Shown here: positions 28,843 to 38,230 of the stretch, piece by piece | How the letters are laid out: each line of letters begins with the position of its first letter | Position numbering within the stretch: the stretch's first letter is position 1 | From: Candidatus Altiarchaeales archaeon | GTDB taxonomy: Archaea; Altiarchaeota; Altiarchaeia; IMC4; SCGC-AAA252-I15 | Direction of reading: 5' to 3' | NCBI GenBank assembly: GCA_014727915.1 | Contig: WJMO01000005.1 | Span: 447,243-511,242 of the forward strand | Length of the DNA stretch: 64,000 bases | The notes under the pieces: generated by a model | What the model saw: the letters and a program-made list of their open reading frames with translations, nothing else | Databases searched by the model: none | Told to the model about the DNA's origin: nothing | Position numbers and translations under genes: made by a program

Positions 28843-31263
28843 ATGACCGACCGCAGCGAAGAGCTCATATTATGGTTTGACGAATTAGGGATAGAGGACG
28901 TGCCGCTCGTGGGTGGAAAGAACGCGTCGCTTGGCGAGATGCACAGGAACCTGACGGGCAGGGGAGTGAACGTCCCAAACGGCTTTGCTATAACTGCGGC
29001 AGCCTACAGACTGCTTCTCAAAGACGCCGGGATAGAGGAGAGCATAAGGGACATACTCTCGGACCTTGACACCTCTGACATGGAGAACCTTGCGGACCGA
29101 GGCCACCGTGTCAGGGACCTGATAAGGAACAGCGAGTTCCCCCCCGCATTGAAGGATGCCGTTGTGGGGGCTTACAACAAGCTTTCCGAGCAGTATGGAG
29201 ACCACTGTGACGTGGCTGTTAGGTCGAGTGCGACCGCCGAGGACCTGCCTGACGCCTCCTTCGCGGGGCAGCAGGAGACCTACCTGAACATCCGCGGGGA
29301 GTCCCAGCTGATAGAAGCGTGCAAGAAATGCTTCGCCAGCCTCTTCACGAACCGTGCAATATCATACCGTGTGGACAAGGAATTCGACCACTTCAACGTG
29401 TACCTCTCCATCGGAGTCCAGAAGATGGTGCGGTCCGACAAGGCATCGTCGGGTGTCATGTTCTCCATAGACACGGAGTCAGGGTTCAGGGAAGTCGTAT
29501 TCATAACCGGCGCCTACGGCCTGGGAGAGAACGTCGTCCAGGGTGCGGTGACACCGGACGAATACTATGTCTTCAAGCCCACGCTGAAGGAGGGCAAGAG
29601 GCCGATAATCAGCAAGAAGGTGGGGGCGAAGAAGATAAAGATGGTGTACAGCACCGACGGGAACAAGCTCACCAAGAACGTTGACGTGCCGGAGAACGAA
29701 CGGCGCAAGTTCGTGATATCAGACGATGAGATACTCAAGCTGGCAGAGTGGGCGTGCATAATCGAAGACCACTACAGCGAGAAGGCCGGCCATTTCAAGC
29801 CCATGGACATGGAATGGGCGAAGGACGGGGAGAGCGGTGACCTGTTCATCGTCCAGGCCAGGCCCGAGACCGTCCAGTCCCAGAAGGAAGCCAACAAGCT
29901 AGAACAGTACATCCTTGACGAGAACGGTGATGTTATCGTGAAAGGGGACTCTGTGGGGGACAGGATAGGCGCCGGGAAGGTTCACGTGATAAAGGACGTC
30001 CATGACATCTCCAAGTTCGAGGAAGGAGAGGTCCTGGTGACGGACATGACAGACCCCGACTGGGAGCCCATCATGAAGATCGCCGCCGCCATAGTCACCA
30101 ACCGCGGCGGCAGGACCTGCCACGCGGCCATAGTATCCCGGGAGCTGGGGATACCCTGCGTCATAGGCACCGAGAACGGGACCGAAAACCTCGGGTCCGG
30201 GGATGACGTGACAGTATCCTGCGCGGAGGGCGAGGAGGGATATGTGTACCGCGGGCAGCTCAAGTTCCACATTGACTCGGTGAACATCGACGAGATACCC
30301 AAGACCAAGACGATGATAATGATGAACGTCGGCATACCCGAGCGCGCATTCGAGCAGTCGTTCATACCCAATGACGGCGTCGGCCTCGCAAGGGAGGAGT
30401 TCATCATAAACAGCTACATAAGCATACACCCGAAGGCTTTGATAAACTATGACAGCCTGGAGGACTCCGAGGTGAAGGCGAAGATAGACGACCTCACATT
30501 CGGCTACGAGGACAAGAAGCAGTTCTTCGTGGACAAGCTGGCCATGGGCATAGCGCACATCGCCGCTGCTTTCTACCCCAAGGATGTCATACTCCGGTTC
30601 AGCGACTTCAAGAGCAACGAGTATGCGAACCTCGTCGGGGGCGAGGCGTTCGAGCCCGAGGAGCACAATCCCATGATAGGGTGGAGGGGCGCCAGCAGAT
30701 ACTATGACGAGAAGTACAGGGACGCGTTCGCCCTCGAGTGCCAGGCGATAAAGAAGGTCCGGGACGAGATGGGGTTGGCCAACCTGAAGGTAATGGTGCC
30801 CTTCTGCCGGACAGTCGACGAGGGCAAGGCAGTCATCGAGGAGATGAGGGATAACGGTCTCGTGCAGGGTGAGAACGGGCTGCAGGTTTATGTGATGTGC
30901 GAGATACCGTCTAATGTCATATTGGCCGACCAGTTCAGCGAGATATTCGACGGGTTCAGCATCGGCAGCAACGACCTCACCCAGCTGACATTGGGGTTGG
31001 ACCGTGACAGCGACATAGTCGCCCACCTCTTCGACGAGCGGAACGACGCCGTCAAGCGCATGGTGTCCCAGGTGATAAAGACGGCCAACGAGAAGGGTCG
31101 GAAGATCGGCATATGCGGGCAGGCCCCGTCGGACTATCCGGAGTTCGCGGAGTTCCTGGTCGAGTGCGGCATAAACAGCATAAGCTTGAACCCTGATACT
31201 GTGATCAAGACCAGATTGAAGATCGCGGAGAAGGAGAAGCAGCTGGGCGTAAGTCCACAATAG
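28843..31263 (+). CDS. ppsA: Phosphoenolpyruvate synthase
   Basis: VGGKNASLGEM, RSSATAEDLPDASFAGQ, GGRTCHAAI, SIGSNDLTQ motifs. Confidence 0.97.
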   Translation: MTDRSEELILWFDELGIEDVPLVGGKNASLGEMHRNLTGRGVNVPNGFAITAAAYRLLLKDAGIEESIRDILSDLDTSDMENLADRGHRVRDLIRNSEFPPALKDAVVGAYNKLSEQYGDHCDVAVRSSATAEDLPDASFAGQQETYLNIRGESQLIEACKKCFASLFTNRAISYRVDKEFDHFNVYLSIGVQKMVRSDKASSGVMFSIDTESGFREVVFITGAYGLGENVVQGAVTPDEYYVFKPTLKEGKRPIISKKVGAKKIKMVYSTDGNKLTKNVDVPENERRKFVISDDEILKLAEWACIIEDHYSEKAGHFKPMDMEWAKDGESGDLFIVQARPETVQSQKEANKLEQYILDENGDVIVKGDSVGDRIGAGKVHVIKDVHDISKFEEGEVLVTDMTDPDWEPIMKIAAAIVTNRGGRTCHAAIVSRELGIPCVIGTENGTENLGSGDDVTVSCAEGEEGYVYRGQLKFHIDSVNIDEIPKTKTMIMMNVGIPERAFEQSFIPNDGVGLAREEFIINSYISIHPKALINYDSLEDSEVKAKIDDLTFGYEDKKQFFVDKLAMGIAHIAAAFYPKDVILRFSDFKSNEYANLVGGEAFEPEEHNPMIGWRGASRYYDEKYRDAFALECQAIKKVRDEMGLANLKVMVPFCRTVDEGKAVIEEMRDNGLVQGENGLQVYVMCEIPSNVILADQFSEIFDGFSIGSNDLTQLTLGLDRDSDIVAHLFDERNDAVKRMVSQVIKTANEKGRKIGICGQAPSDYPEFAEFLVECGINSISLNPDTVIKTRLKIAEKEKQLGVSPQ

Positions 31264-31312
31264 ATATCTTAAATTATCTGTATTTTTTTATGGATAATTT
31301 AGAATATTCTCT

Positions 31313-31936
31313 CTATTTTTTGTATTCTCCCCTGTCGACTTCCTCTTTGGCCTTGACGAGGCGGTTCAAAACATGCACCGGATCCTGGTCCATGAGATGT
31401 TCGACAGTGACTCGTATGAACCTTGTCTCCTCATGGTACTCGTCCATTTCCCGGGGAGGCTCTATCCTGAGCCAGGTCTCACGTGTCTCGTCAACCAGCC
31501 CCAAAAGCTCGTTCTTCTTCTCCTTAATGTCCTCGTACTTGTCCATGAAACCCTGCTTGAAAGCGAACAAGACCTTCGGCCGGTCCTCGTTGGACCTGAA
31601 GCTGGGTATGTACTTGAGGTTGGACAGCTCGCACGCCGCTATCTCCTGCGTGTAAACGTTGCCCTCCTCTAAAGTGGTGTGAGGGTCGTCGGGGACGTCC
31701 AGGAAGCTCTCCTTGTCCACCCGTGTGAGTATCTTGTCAACGGGGTTGAAGATGTAGTTGGTCTGGTAGCCGTCCTTGCTGCCGAAGACATATGCGAAGG
31801 CCATATGCATCCCAAGCTGGTAGGCGATGGTTATCTTATGCTCTTCCAGAACCTCGGGGCGCCTGTATGTGAGCTCGTTCAACGTGCTCCCAGGCACCCG
31901 GTCCATCACCACAAAAGCCCTATCGTCCAACATCAT
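31313..31936 (-). CDS. C-terminal half of a HipA/PI3-PI4-kinase-like protein (possible frameshift)
   Basis: MDRVPG hinge, DGYQTN catalytic-loop-like and VDKE (IDH/DFG-like) segments. Confidence 0.55.
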   Translation of the reverse strand: MMLDDRAFVVMDRVPGSTLNELTYRRPEVLEEHKITIAYQLGMHMAFAYVFGSKDGYQTNYIFNPVDKILTRVDKESFLDVPDDPHTTLEEGNVYTQEIAACELSNLKYIPSFRSNEDRPKVLFAFKQGFMDKYEDIKEKKNELLGLVDETRETWLRIEPPREMDEYHEETRFIRVTVEHLMDQDPVHVLNRLVKAKEEVDRGEYKK

Positions 31937-32568
31937 GCGCTCATCTGTAGATTAGCCTTCTCAGGCACGAACTTCAAGCTCAGCCGGTCATAGAACCTGC
32001 TGGCCATGACCTCATTGTATACCCCCCTGCTTCCCTTCAGCGTCTGCCTGGAAACTAGCCTCTCTGATTCCGTTCTCGTCTCTCCCTCGGCCTGCTCATC
32101 GCCGGCTTCAACGCCGAACAGGACCCGCACCTGTGGGAGATGCTGTCCTGTGTCCCGGTCCACGATCTCCAGTGTGAAGTCCCTGTTGTCGGTCCTGTGA
32201 CCTCGCTTCACGGCCTTAATCTCGAGGTTCTTGCCCTCCCGTAGGAGGGAGGTTATCAGCTTTATTCCGTCGATGGTGTGGTCCACATTCATCCAGTCCC
32301 GGACCTGCTTCCTCACCCCCTGGGCCATCGCGACATCCACCTTTGTGCCCTGCGATGATTGCTGCCTGAGGGCTTCACCACCCTCCTTGCCAGATCCCAG
32401 GTAGACCACGTCAGGGAAGGTCTTCTCGTCGATCCTGTCGTTGGCGTCCTCTATGCTCCGCTCCACGCGACGGCTCTCGGAGGTCACATCCTCCCTGAAC
32501 TTCGCATTCAGCTCGTCCGACTCCAGGAGGCTCCTGAACTCGTCCAAGGTCATGACAGGAGACGGCAT
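31933..32568 (-). CDS. N-terminal half of the same kinase-like protein
   Basis: Ends LKGSRGVYNEVMASRFYDRL (Lys/helix-C Glu pattern). ATGA overlap with the next ORF. Confidence 0.5.
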   Translation of the reverse strand: MPSPVMTLDEFRSLLESDELNAKFREDVTSESRRVERSIEDANDRIDEKTFPDVVYLGSGKEGGEALRQQSSQGTKVDVAMAQGVRKQVRDWMNVDHTIDGIKLITSLLREGKNLEIKAVKRGHRTDNRDFTLEIVDRDTGQHLPQVRVLFGVEAGDEQAEGETRTESERLVSRQTLKGSRGVYNEVMASRFYDRLSLKFVPEKANLQMSA

Positions 32569-32631
32569 ATCACATCAATATTAGATAAGGGAATCAATAC
32601 CTAAATAACTGGGGTAGGTGATGGTGACAGC

Positions 32632-32717
32632 TGCCGAGTTCATGAACCCCTCCAAGCATACGAGCCAGGACCGTGAGAGCATCTGGCCCAGGGAGCCCGA
32701 ATTGTAGCCTCGGCACT
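32632..32717. ncRNA. Candidate structured RNA/leader between the kinase-like gene and pyrG
   Basis: TGCCGAG/CTCGGCA closing stem, CCCT/AGGG and GCCAG/CTGGC inner stems. GC-rich island in an AT-rich intergenic region. Confidence 0.45.
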
Positions 32718-32759
32718 CTAGCTTTTAATCTCTAATGCATAATTAGTAACCCGTTTAGT

Positions 32760-34331
32760 ATGAAGTATATCGTTGTGACGGGAGGAGTATTAAGCGGGCT
32801 TGGCAAGGGAGTTGTAGCTGCTTCTATCGGCAGGATCCTGAAAGACCGTGGATACACTGTTGTGCCTGTTAAGATAGACGGATATGTGAATGTGGACCCT
32901 GGGACCATGAACCCCTACGAGCACGGGGAAGTGTACGTCCTGGACGACGGCAGCGAGACGGACCTGGACCTCGGCCACTACGAGAGATTCCTCAATGTGG
33001 ACCTCACCGGACAGTCCAACATAACCACCGGCTCCGTTTACAAGAAGGTCATAGAGAAGGAGCGCAGGGGAGAATACCTCGGCAAGACCGTGCAGGTGAT
33101 ACCCCACATAACCGACGAGATAAAATCCAGGATACGCAAGTTCAAAGCCGACATAGTCCTGGTCGAGGTCGGAGGAACCGTCGGAGACCTTGAGAACAGG
33201 ATATTCATCGAGTCCCTCAGGCAGCTCAGCCTGGACAAGGGCAACAGGTTCCTGTTCATGCACCTCTCATACATACCGTTGATACTGAGCGGCGAGCAGA
33301 AGACCAAGCCGACGCAGCACAGCGTGAAAGAGCTGCTTTCCCTTGGGATACAGCCGGACATCATAATCGGCAGGTGCGCGGACCACCTAACCGAGGAGAC
33401 CAGGCGGAAGCTCGCCATGTTCTGTGGCGTCAAACCCGAGCATGTGCTCAGCGACCCGGACATGGACGACATATACCTGCTGGCATCTGAGTTCAGGAGG
33501 CAGCATGTCGCCGAGCTCATATCCAAGAAGCTGGACTTGAAGAAGCCCACAAAGGACTCCCGGAAATGGCGCATGCTCGTTGATAGGATGCAGAAGCCGG
33601 ATTCACAGGTGAAGATAGGCGTTGTTGGTAAGTACACGGGACTGGAGGACGCGTACATAAGCATCAAAGAGTCCTTCAAGCACGCGGGAGCAGCGAACAA
33701 CTGCTCAGTCGACCTGGAATGGATTGAGGCGGACAAGCTCGGCTATGGGAACTTCAAAGGCTATGACGGCATACTGGTCCCCGGAGGCTTCGGGTCGAGG
33801 GGGCTAGAGGACAAGATAAAGGCGGTGGAGTATGCGAGAACCAAAAATGTTCCGTTTCTGGGCATCTGCCTCGGCCTGCAGGTGGCAGTCATTGAATATG
33901 CCCGGAACGTATGCGGCCTGGAAGACGCCAACACAACCGAAGCCGATGAACGTACCGCCCACCCTGTCATCGACCTGATACCCGAACAGAAGGACATACA
34001 CGACAAGGGAGGCACGATGCGGCTGGGAGGATACGAGTGTGAGCTGGTGAAGGGCAGCCTCGCGCATCGCCTGTACGGGAGGCGGACTGTCTCGGAGAGG
34101 CACCGGCACAGGTGGGAGGTGAACCCGGACTACGTAGACGTCCTTGAGGACGGGGGCATGGTATTCTCCGGCAGCTACAAGAAGAGGAACCTCATGGAGA
34201 TTGTAGAGCTTCCAGACCACCCATATTTCATAGCCTCACAGTTCCACCCTGAGTTCAAGTCACGGCTGGAGACCCCTGCTCCGTTGTTCCTCGGGCTTGT
34301 GAAGGCAGCGTTAGAATGTAAAAAGGATTGA
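32760..34331 (+). CDS. pyrG: CTP synthase
   Basis: TGGVLSGLGKG, DPGTMNP, GICLGLQ, QFHPEF motifs. Confidence 0.98.
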   Translation: MKYIVVTGGVLSGLGKGVVAASIGRILKDRGYTVVPVKIDGYVNVDPGTMNPYEHGEVYVLDDGSETDLDLGHYERFLNVDLTGQSNITTGSVYKKVIEKERRGEYLGKTVQVIPHITDEIKSRIRKFKADIVLVEVGGTVGDLENRIFIESLRQLSLDKGNRFLFMHLSYIPLILSGEQKTKPTQHSVKELLSLGIQPDIIIGRCADHLTEETRRKLAMFCGVKPEHVLSDPDMDDIYLLASEFRRQHVAELISKKLDLKKPTKDSRKWRMLVDRMQKPDSQVKIGVVGKYTGLEDAYISIKESFKHAGAANNCSVDLEWIEADKLGYGNFKGYDGILVPGGFGSRGLEDKIKAVEYARTKNVPFLGICLGLQVAVIEYARNVCGLEDANTTEADERTAHPVIDLIPEQKDIHDKGGTMRLGGYECELVKGSLAHRLYGRRTVSERHRHRWEVNPDYVDVLEDGGMVFSGSYKKRNLMEIVELPDHPYFIASQFHPEFKSRLETPAPLFLGLVKAALECKKD

Positions 34332-34359
34332 TGCAGGAAGAAATAGGGTGCGCGCCTAC

Positions 34360-34806
34360 TCAAAGGTTGTCGATGAAGTTGTCATGTATGTTATGGTCGA
34401 ATTTCACCACGTCATCTACTGCGTGGACTGTGAAGCTATAGTCGCCAATCTTGGACATCACGCCCTCGAGGCATGAGGGGTTGCTGTCGTCAACGATAGC
34501 CTTTACTATCACCTTGTTGTCAGACGTCTTGAAGACCTTCATCACCTCCTCACATGCCGATATGGAGGCAGCCAGGTTGTCAGCGTCCGTTTCAGGCACG
34601 TCTATCACCATGAAGTTGAGCTTGAACCCCAGGTCATGGGGGTGCAGCACTGCGGAGAACTTCTTGATCACCCCGTTCTTCACGAGCTTCTTCACCCGTG
34701 TGAACACGGTAGTATGCGGGACGTCCAGTCTCCTGCCCAATTCGCGCAAGCTGACCCTAGCATCATCCTGGAGGTTTTTGATGATTTCCCTGTCCAAAGA
34801 ATCCAA
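34360..34806 (-). CDS. Lrp/AsnC family transcriptional regulator
   Basis: LDREIIKNLQDDARVSLRELG..RVKKL..GVIKKF, TTG start. Confidence 0.9.
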   Translation of the reverse strand: MDSLDREIIKNLQDDARVSLRELGRRLDVPHTTVFTRVKKLVKNGVIKKFSAVLHPHDLGFKLNFMVIDVPETDADNLAASISACEEVMKVFKTSDNKVIVKAIVDDSNPSCLEGVMSKIGDYSFTVHAVDDVVKFDHNIHDNFIDNL

Positions 34807-34998
34807 TTTAACCTATTAAATATGCTCGTTGCTCGTTAATAAGTGTCAAATTTCCACGGTCTAAAGGCCTAAAACATGGCAAAGCTTATAAAAACGAGTA
34901 TTAAGCCTGAAAAAACCATGGCTACTTGCTTGAGGTCCATGTTGACTGACAGATATAAGTCATTCCCCTTTATAAATCCATATAAATGCTGGCTCTAA

Positions 34999-36621
34999 AT
35001 GGATATTATGCGGTGGTTTCACTCTGCGGTCGCATTGTTGCTGTTGGCCACTGGAGGATGCGGGCAAGAGTGGAACATGTTCCAGGGTGACATAAGGCAT
35101 TCCGGCTATTACAACGCTGATTCTGACCTGGTATGGGATGATGTAGTTCAGCTCTGGGCCTATGACGTCCCTGGCAGGATATACTACACCCCTCTGATAA
35201 CGGACATGGACGATGATGGCCTTCTCGAAGTGGTGGTGGCGACATTGGAAGGTGACGTTTACCTGTTCGGGGCGGACGGTGGGATGCTATGGCGTTATGG
35301 GTTGGGGTCTCCGGTGGGATCCCACTGTGCCATCGGCCAGGATAACGGCGAGAAGTTCGTGGCTTCCCTGACCTCGTCGGGGATGCTCGTGCTCATAGGC
35401 TCGGATGGGATGCCCCTATTCATGGAGAACCTGGATATTAAGCTGGCGCAGATGCCCATATCGACGGGGGACTTGAACGGGGACGGCAAGTCCGAGTTCA
35501 TACTCGGCTCGCTGGTGCTCACCGTTGACGGCACACAATTGGAATATGACAGCGACCACCTTTTCGAGATGGGATATGCGCTGGGCTATCAGATGCTCTC
35601 GGACCTGGATGGGGACGGGGGGTATGAGGCGTACGATGGGGGTCATTTTTCAATGCCTGCCTCGGCGGACGTGAACGGTGACGGGGTCGCAGAGCTTATC
35701 AGATACGAGATGGAAATATCCGGTAAGAGGCGATACCTGGCTGTTTACAACAATGAGAGGGAGGTCATATGGTTGAGGAACGTTACTGGTTTAAGGTCCT
35801 CCCTGCTGGTGGGAGACCCTGACGGGGACGGGGAGACGGACGTCATCTTCTGCGATGACATTGGCTCACTTCAGATAATGTCTCTGGGCCTGGCTGATGA
35901 AGTCCATATCTTCGAGGGGTTGGACTGCGTCTACGCGATACCAACGGACCTGAACGGAGACGGGCATGCCGAATTCTTAGTCGCTTCCTCGGACGGCAGG
36001 GTGTCCCTGTTGGGTTCTGACAAGGACTCGGATGGGGACGGGCTCATGGACTTCTTCGAGGACGTCAAGGGCCTGGACAAGCACTCCAGGGACTCCGATG
36101 GGGATGGAATTGAGGACATAAGGGATCCCAAGCCCCTTGAGCCTCATGTGATGGTGGACGCGGATGAGATAGGCCGCAAATCGACGGTTGAGGTATTATC
36201 CGAGTTGGTTTTCACTCCTCTGTCGCTTTTTCTGATAGTCGTGGTATGCCTTGCCCTGCTGTACCGGTTCACATCCTACAACCTCCTCGAGTACAGGATA
36301 CGGAAGCCCCTTGTCAGGGACCTGAAAGGCGTCAAGAGCAAGATGTTCCCCAAGAGGGTCAAGGCATCCGAGCGTAGGGCCATGGACACCCGTTTCATAT
36401 CCAAATACTCCCCTGTGGAATTCAGCTTGGCGCGTCAGCTTTCTAAGATACTTGCAGAGGGGGACATATCACTGGACTATTCGTCGGCGGCGTTGAAGAT
36501 ATCCAAGGAGGAGGTGCTGAAAATCGTGGAGAAGATGGAGAAGGACGGCTATCTCACGGTAGACTCCTCGAACGCCAACAACCCGGTCTTCAGAGCCACA
36601 GACAAATTGAGGGGGCTTTAG
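34999..36621 (+). CDS. FG-GAP/PQQ-like beta-propeller surface protein with TM and wHTH-like C-terminus
   Basis: Signal peptide, DLNGDG repeats, DSDGDG Ca-binding repeats, TM, C-terminal helix-turn-helix-wing pattern. Confidence 0.75.
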   Translation: MDIMRWFHSAVALLLLATGGCGQEWNMFQGDIRHSGYYNADSDLVWDDVVQLWAYDVPGRIYYTPLITDMDDDGLLEVVVATLEGDVYLFGADGGMLWRYGLGSPVGSHCAIGQDNGEKFVASLTSSGMLVLIGSDGMPLFMENLDIKLAQMPISTGDLNGDGKSEFILGSLVLTVDGTQLEYDSDHLFEMGYALGYQMLSDLDGDGGYEAYDGGHFSMPASADVNGDGVAELIRYEMEISGKRRYLAVYNNEREVIWLRNVTGLRSSLLVGDPDGDGETDVIFCDDIGSLQIMSLGLADEVHIFEGLDCVYAIPTDLNGDGHAEFLVASSDGRVSLLGSDKDSDGDGLMDFFEDVKGLDKHSRDSDGDGIEDIRDPKPLEPHVMVDADEIGRKSTVEVLSELVFTPLSLFLIVVVCLALLYRFTSYNLLEYRIRKPLVRDLKGVKSKMFPKRVKASERRAMDTRFISKYSPVEFSLARQLSKILAEGDISLDYSSAALKISKEEVLKIVEKMEKDGYLTVDSSNANNPVFRATDKLRGL

Positions 36622-37358
36622 ACGGCATCTCCCCCATGTTTCTTGTCTCTTTTCTCTAGGAGGTCTCCCATACGCTCTATCACCCTCAGCACCTCTATTG
36701 GAAGTGCGTAGACCACCGTGCCCGACCTGTCCGAAGATAGGTCGTTGATTGTCTGCAGCGTCCTTAGATGGAGGGCGCCGGAGCTGTCATATAGCGTCTT
36801 CGCAGCTTTCGCGATGTTCTGCGACGCTATCAGCTCGCCCTCAGAGTTTATGATGACCCCCCTTTTTTCCCGTTCTGCTTCGGCTTGTTTGGCCATGGTC
36901 CGCTTCAGGTTCTCCGGGAGTTCGATGTCCTGCAGCTCGATCGCAGTCACCTTGATGCCCCACGGGTCCGTGGCGATGTCGACTATCTCCCTCAGATTGT
37001 CGGCTATCTTCTGCCGCTCGCTCAGAAGCTCGTCCAGTGAGGCCTCACCAGCGACGTTGCGCATGGCAGTTTGCGAATACCTTGAGGTCGCGAATATGTA
37101 GTCCTTGACGTTCAGTATGGCCTTCTCCGGGTCGTAGACCTTGAAGTATATGACGGCGTTTATCTTCACGGGGACGTTGTCCTTCGTCATCACCTCCTGT
37201 TTCGGTATGTCGATGGTCTTGATGCGCATGTCAACCACTTCAAGCGAGTGGTACACCATCACCAGTATCTTGAGCCCAGGGTCCATGACTCCGCTGTACT
37301 TCCCGAATGAGAAGAGCACCCCCCGCTCGTACTCGTTTATGACTCTAGGGTATAGCAT
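36618..37358 (-). CDS. SPFH/stomatin (slipin) family protein
   Basis: YERGV, QEVMTKDNV, DPWGI, AKQAEAERE motifs. Confidence 0.92.
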   Translation of the reverse strand: MLYPRVINEYERGVLFSFGKYSGVMDPGLKILVMVYHSLEVVDMRIKTIDIPKQEVMTKDNVPVKINAVIYFKVYDPEKAILNVKDYIFATSRYSQTAMRNVAGEASLDELLSERQKIADNLREIVDIATDPWGIKVTAIELQDIELPENLKRTMAKQAEAEREKRGVIINSEGELIASQNIAKAAKTLYDSSGALHLRTLQTINDLSSDRSGTVVYALPIEVLRVIERMGDLLEKRDKKHGGDAV

Positions 37359-37359
37359 T

Positions 37360-38163
37360 CTAGTCGATCTCCTCCAATGCTCTTAGTATCTCCAACGGAA
37401 CGAAGAAGTGTATTATGTTGGACTGGTCCGATGACATGTCGTTCAAAGAGTGCAATGACCTGAGATGCAGTGCGCCCTTGGTGCCGTAGAGGTTCTGGGC
37501 TGCCTTGGCAAGGTTGGTGGACGCGACCACTTCTCCTTCCGCCTTGATTATGGTGGCCCTTTTTTCCCGTTCTGCTTCGGCTTGTTTGGCCATGGTCCGC
37601 TTCAGGTTCTCCGGGAGTTCGATGTCCTGCAGCTCGATCGCAGTCACGTCTATCCCCCAGGGGTCGGTGGCCTTGTCGACTATCTCCCTCAGCTTGTCGG
37701 CTATGCTCTGCCGCTCGCTCAGAAGCTGGTCCAGTGAGGCCTCACCAGCGACGTTCCGGAGGGAGGTCTGCCCGTATTTGGAAACTGCATACGTGTAGTT
37801 TTCGACGTTGAAATAGGCTTTCTTCGGGTCTTTCACGTAGAAGTATATGACGGCGTTTATCTTCACGGGGACGTTGTCCTGGGTCATCACCTCCTGGGTG
37901 GGGACGTCCACGGTCAATATCCTAAGGTCGATCTTGACTAGCCTGTGATAGACTGGTATTATGAAGTTCAGACCCGGTCCCCTTATGCCCGCGTATTTTC
38001 CGAACGCCAGGAGTATGCCCCTCTCGTATTCGCGTATGACCTTGAAGAACATGGAGAGTATGCCAACGATGAACGGCCCGCCGAACATGACGGCGAAGAA
38101 TCCGAAGAAAAACAGCGAGAATAAAAAATCGAACAACGCCATGAACATACTATGTGCTATCAC
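37360..38163 (-). CDS. SPFH/stomatin family protein with N-terminal TM
   Basis: Same motifs, tandem paralog. Start may be at the second Met. Confidence 0.92.
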   Translation of the reverse strand: MIAHSMFMALFDFLFSLFFFGFFAVMFGGPFIVGILSMFFKVIREYERGILLAFGKYAGIRGPGLNFIIPVYHRLVKIDLRILTVDVPTQEVMTQDNVPVKINAVIYFYVKDPKKAYFNVENYTYAVSKYGQTSLRNVAGEASLDQLLSERQSIADKLREIVDKATDPWGIDVTAIELQDIELPENLKRTMAKQAEAEREKRATIIKAEGEVVASTNLAKAAQNLYGTKGALHLRSLHSLNDMSSDQSNIIHFFVPLEILRALEEID

Positions 38164-38230
38164 ATATAAAAGCTTTTATACTGTGGTTGCCAACAATTAA
38201 AGGTTGTATTTTTTATGATAGGGTGAGATT

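Noticed and set aside
29899-31260. 453-aa - strand ORF
   Set aside because: Antisense shadow of ppsA.
31930-31940. Selenocysteine readthrough of TGA
   Set aside because: The downstream ORF is in a different frame, so readthrough would not fuse them.
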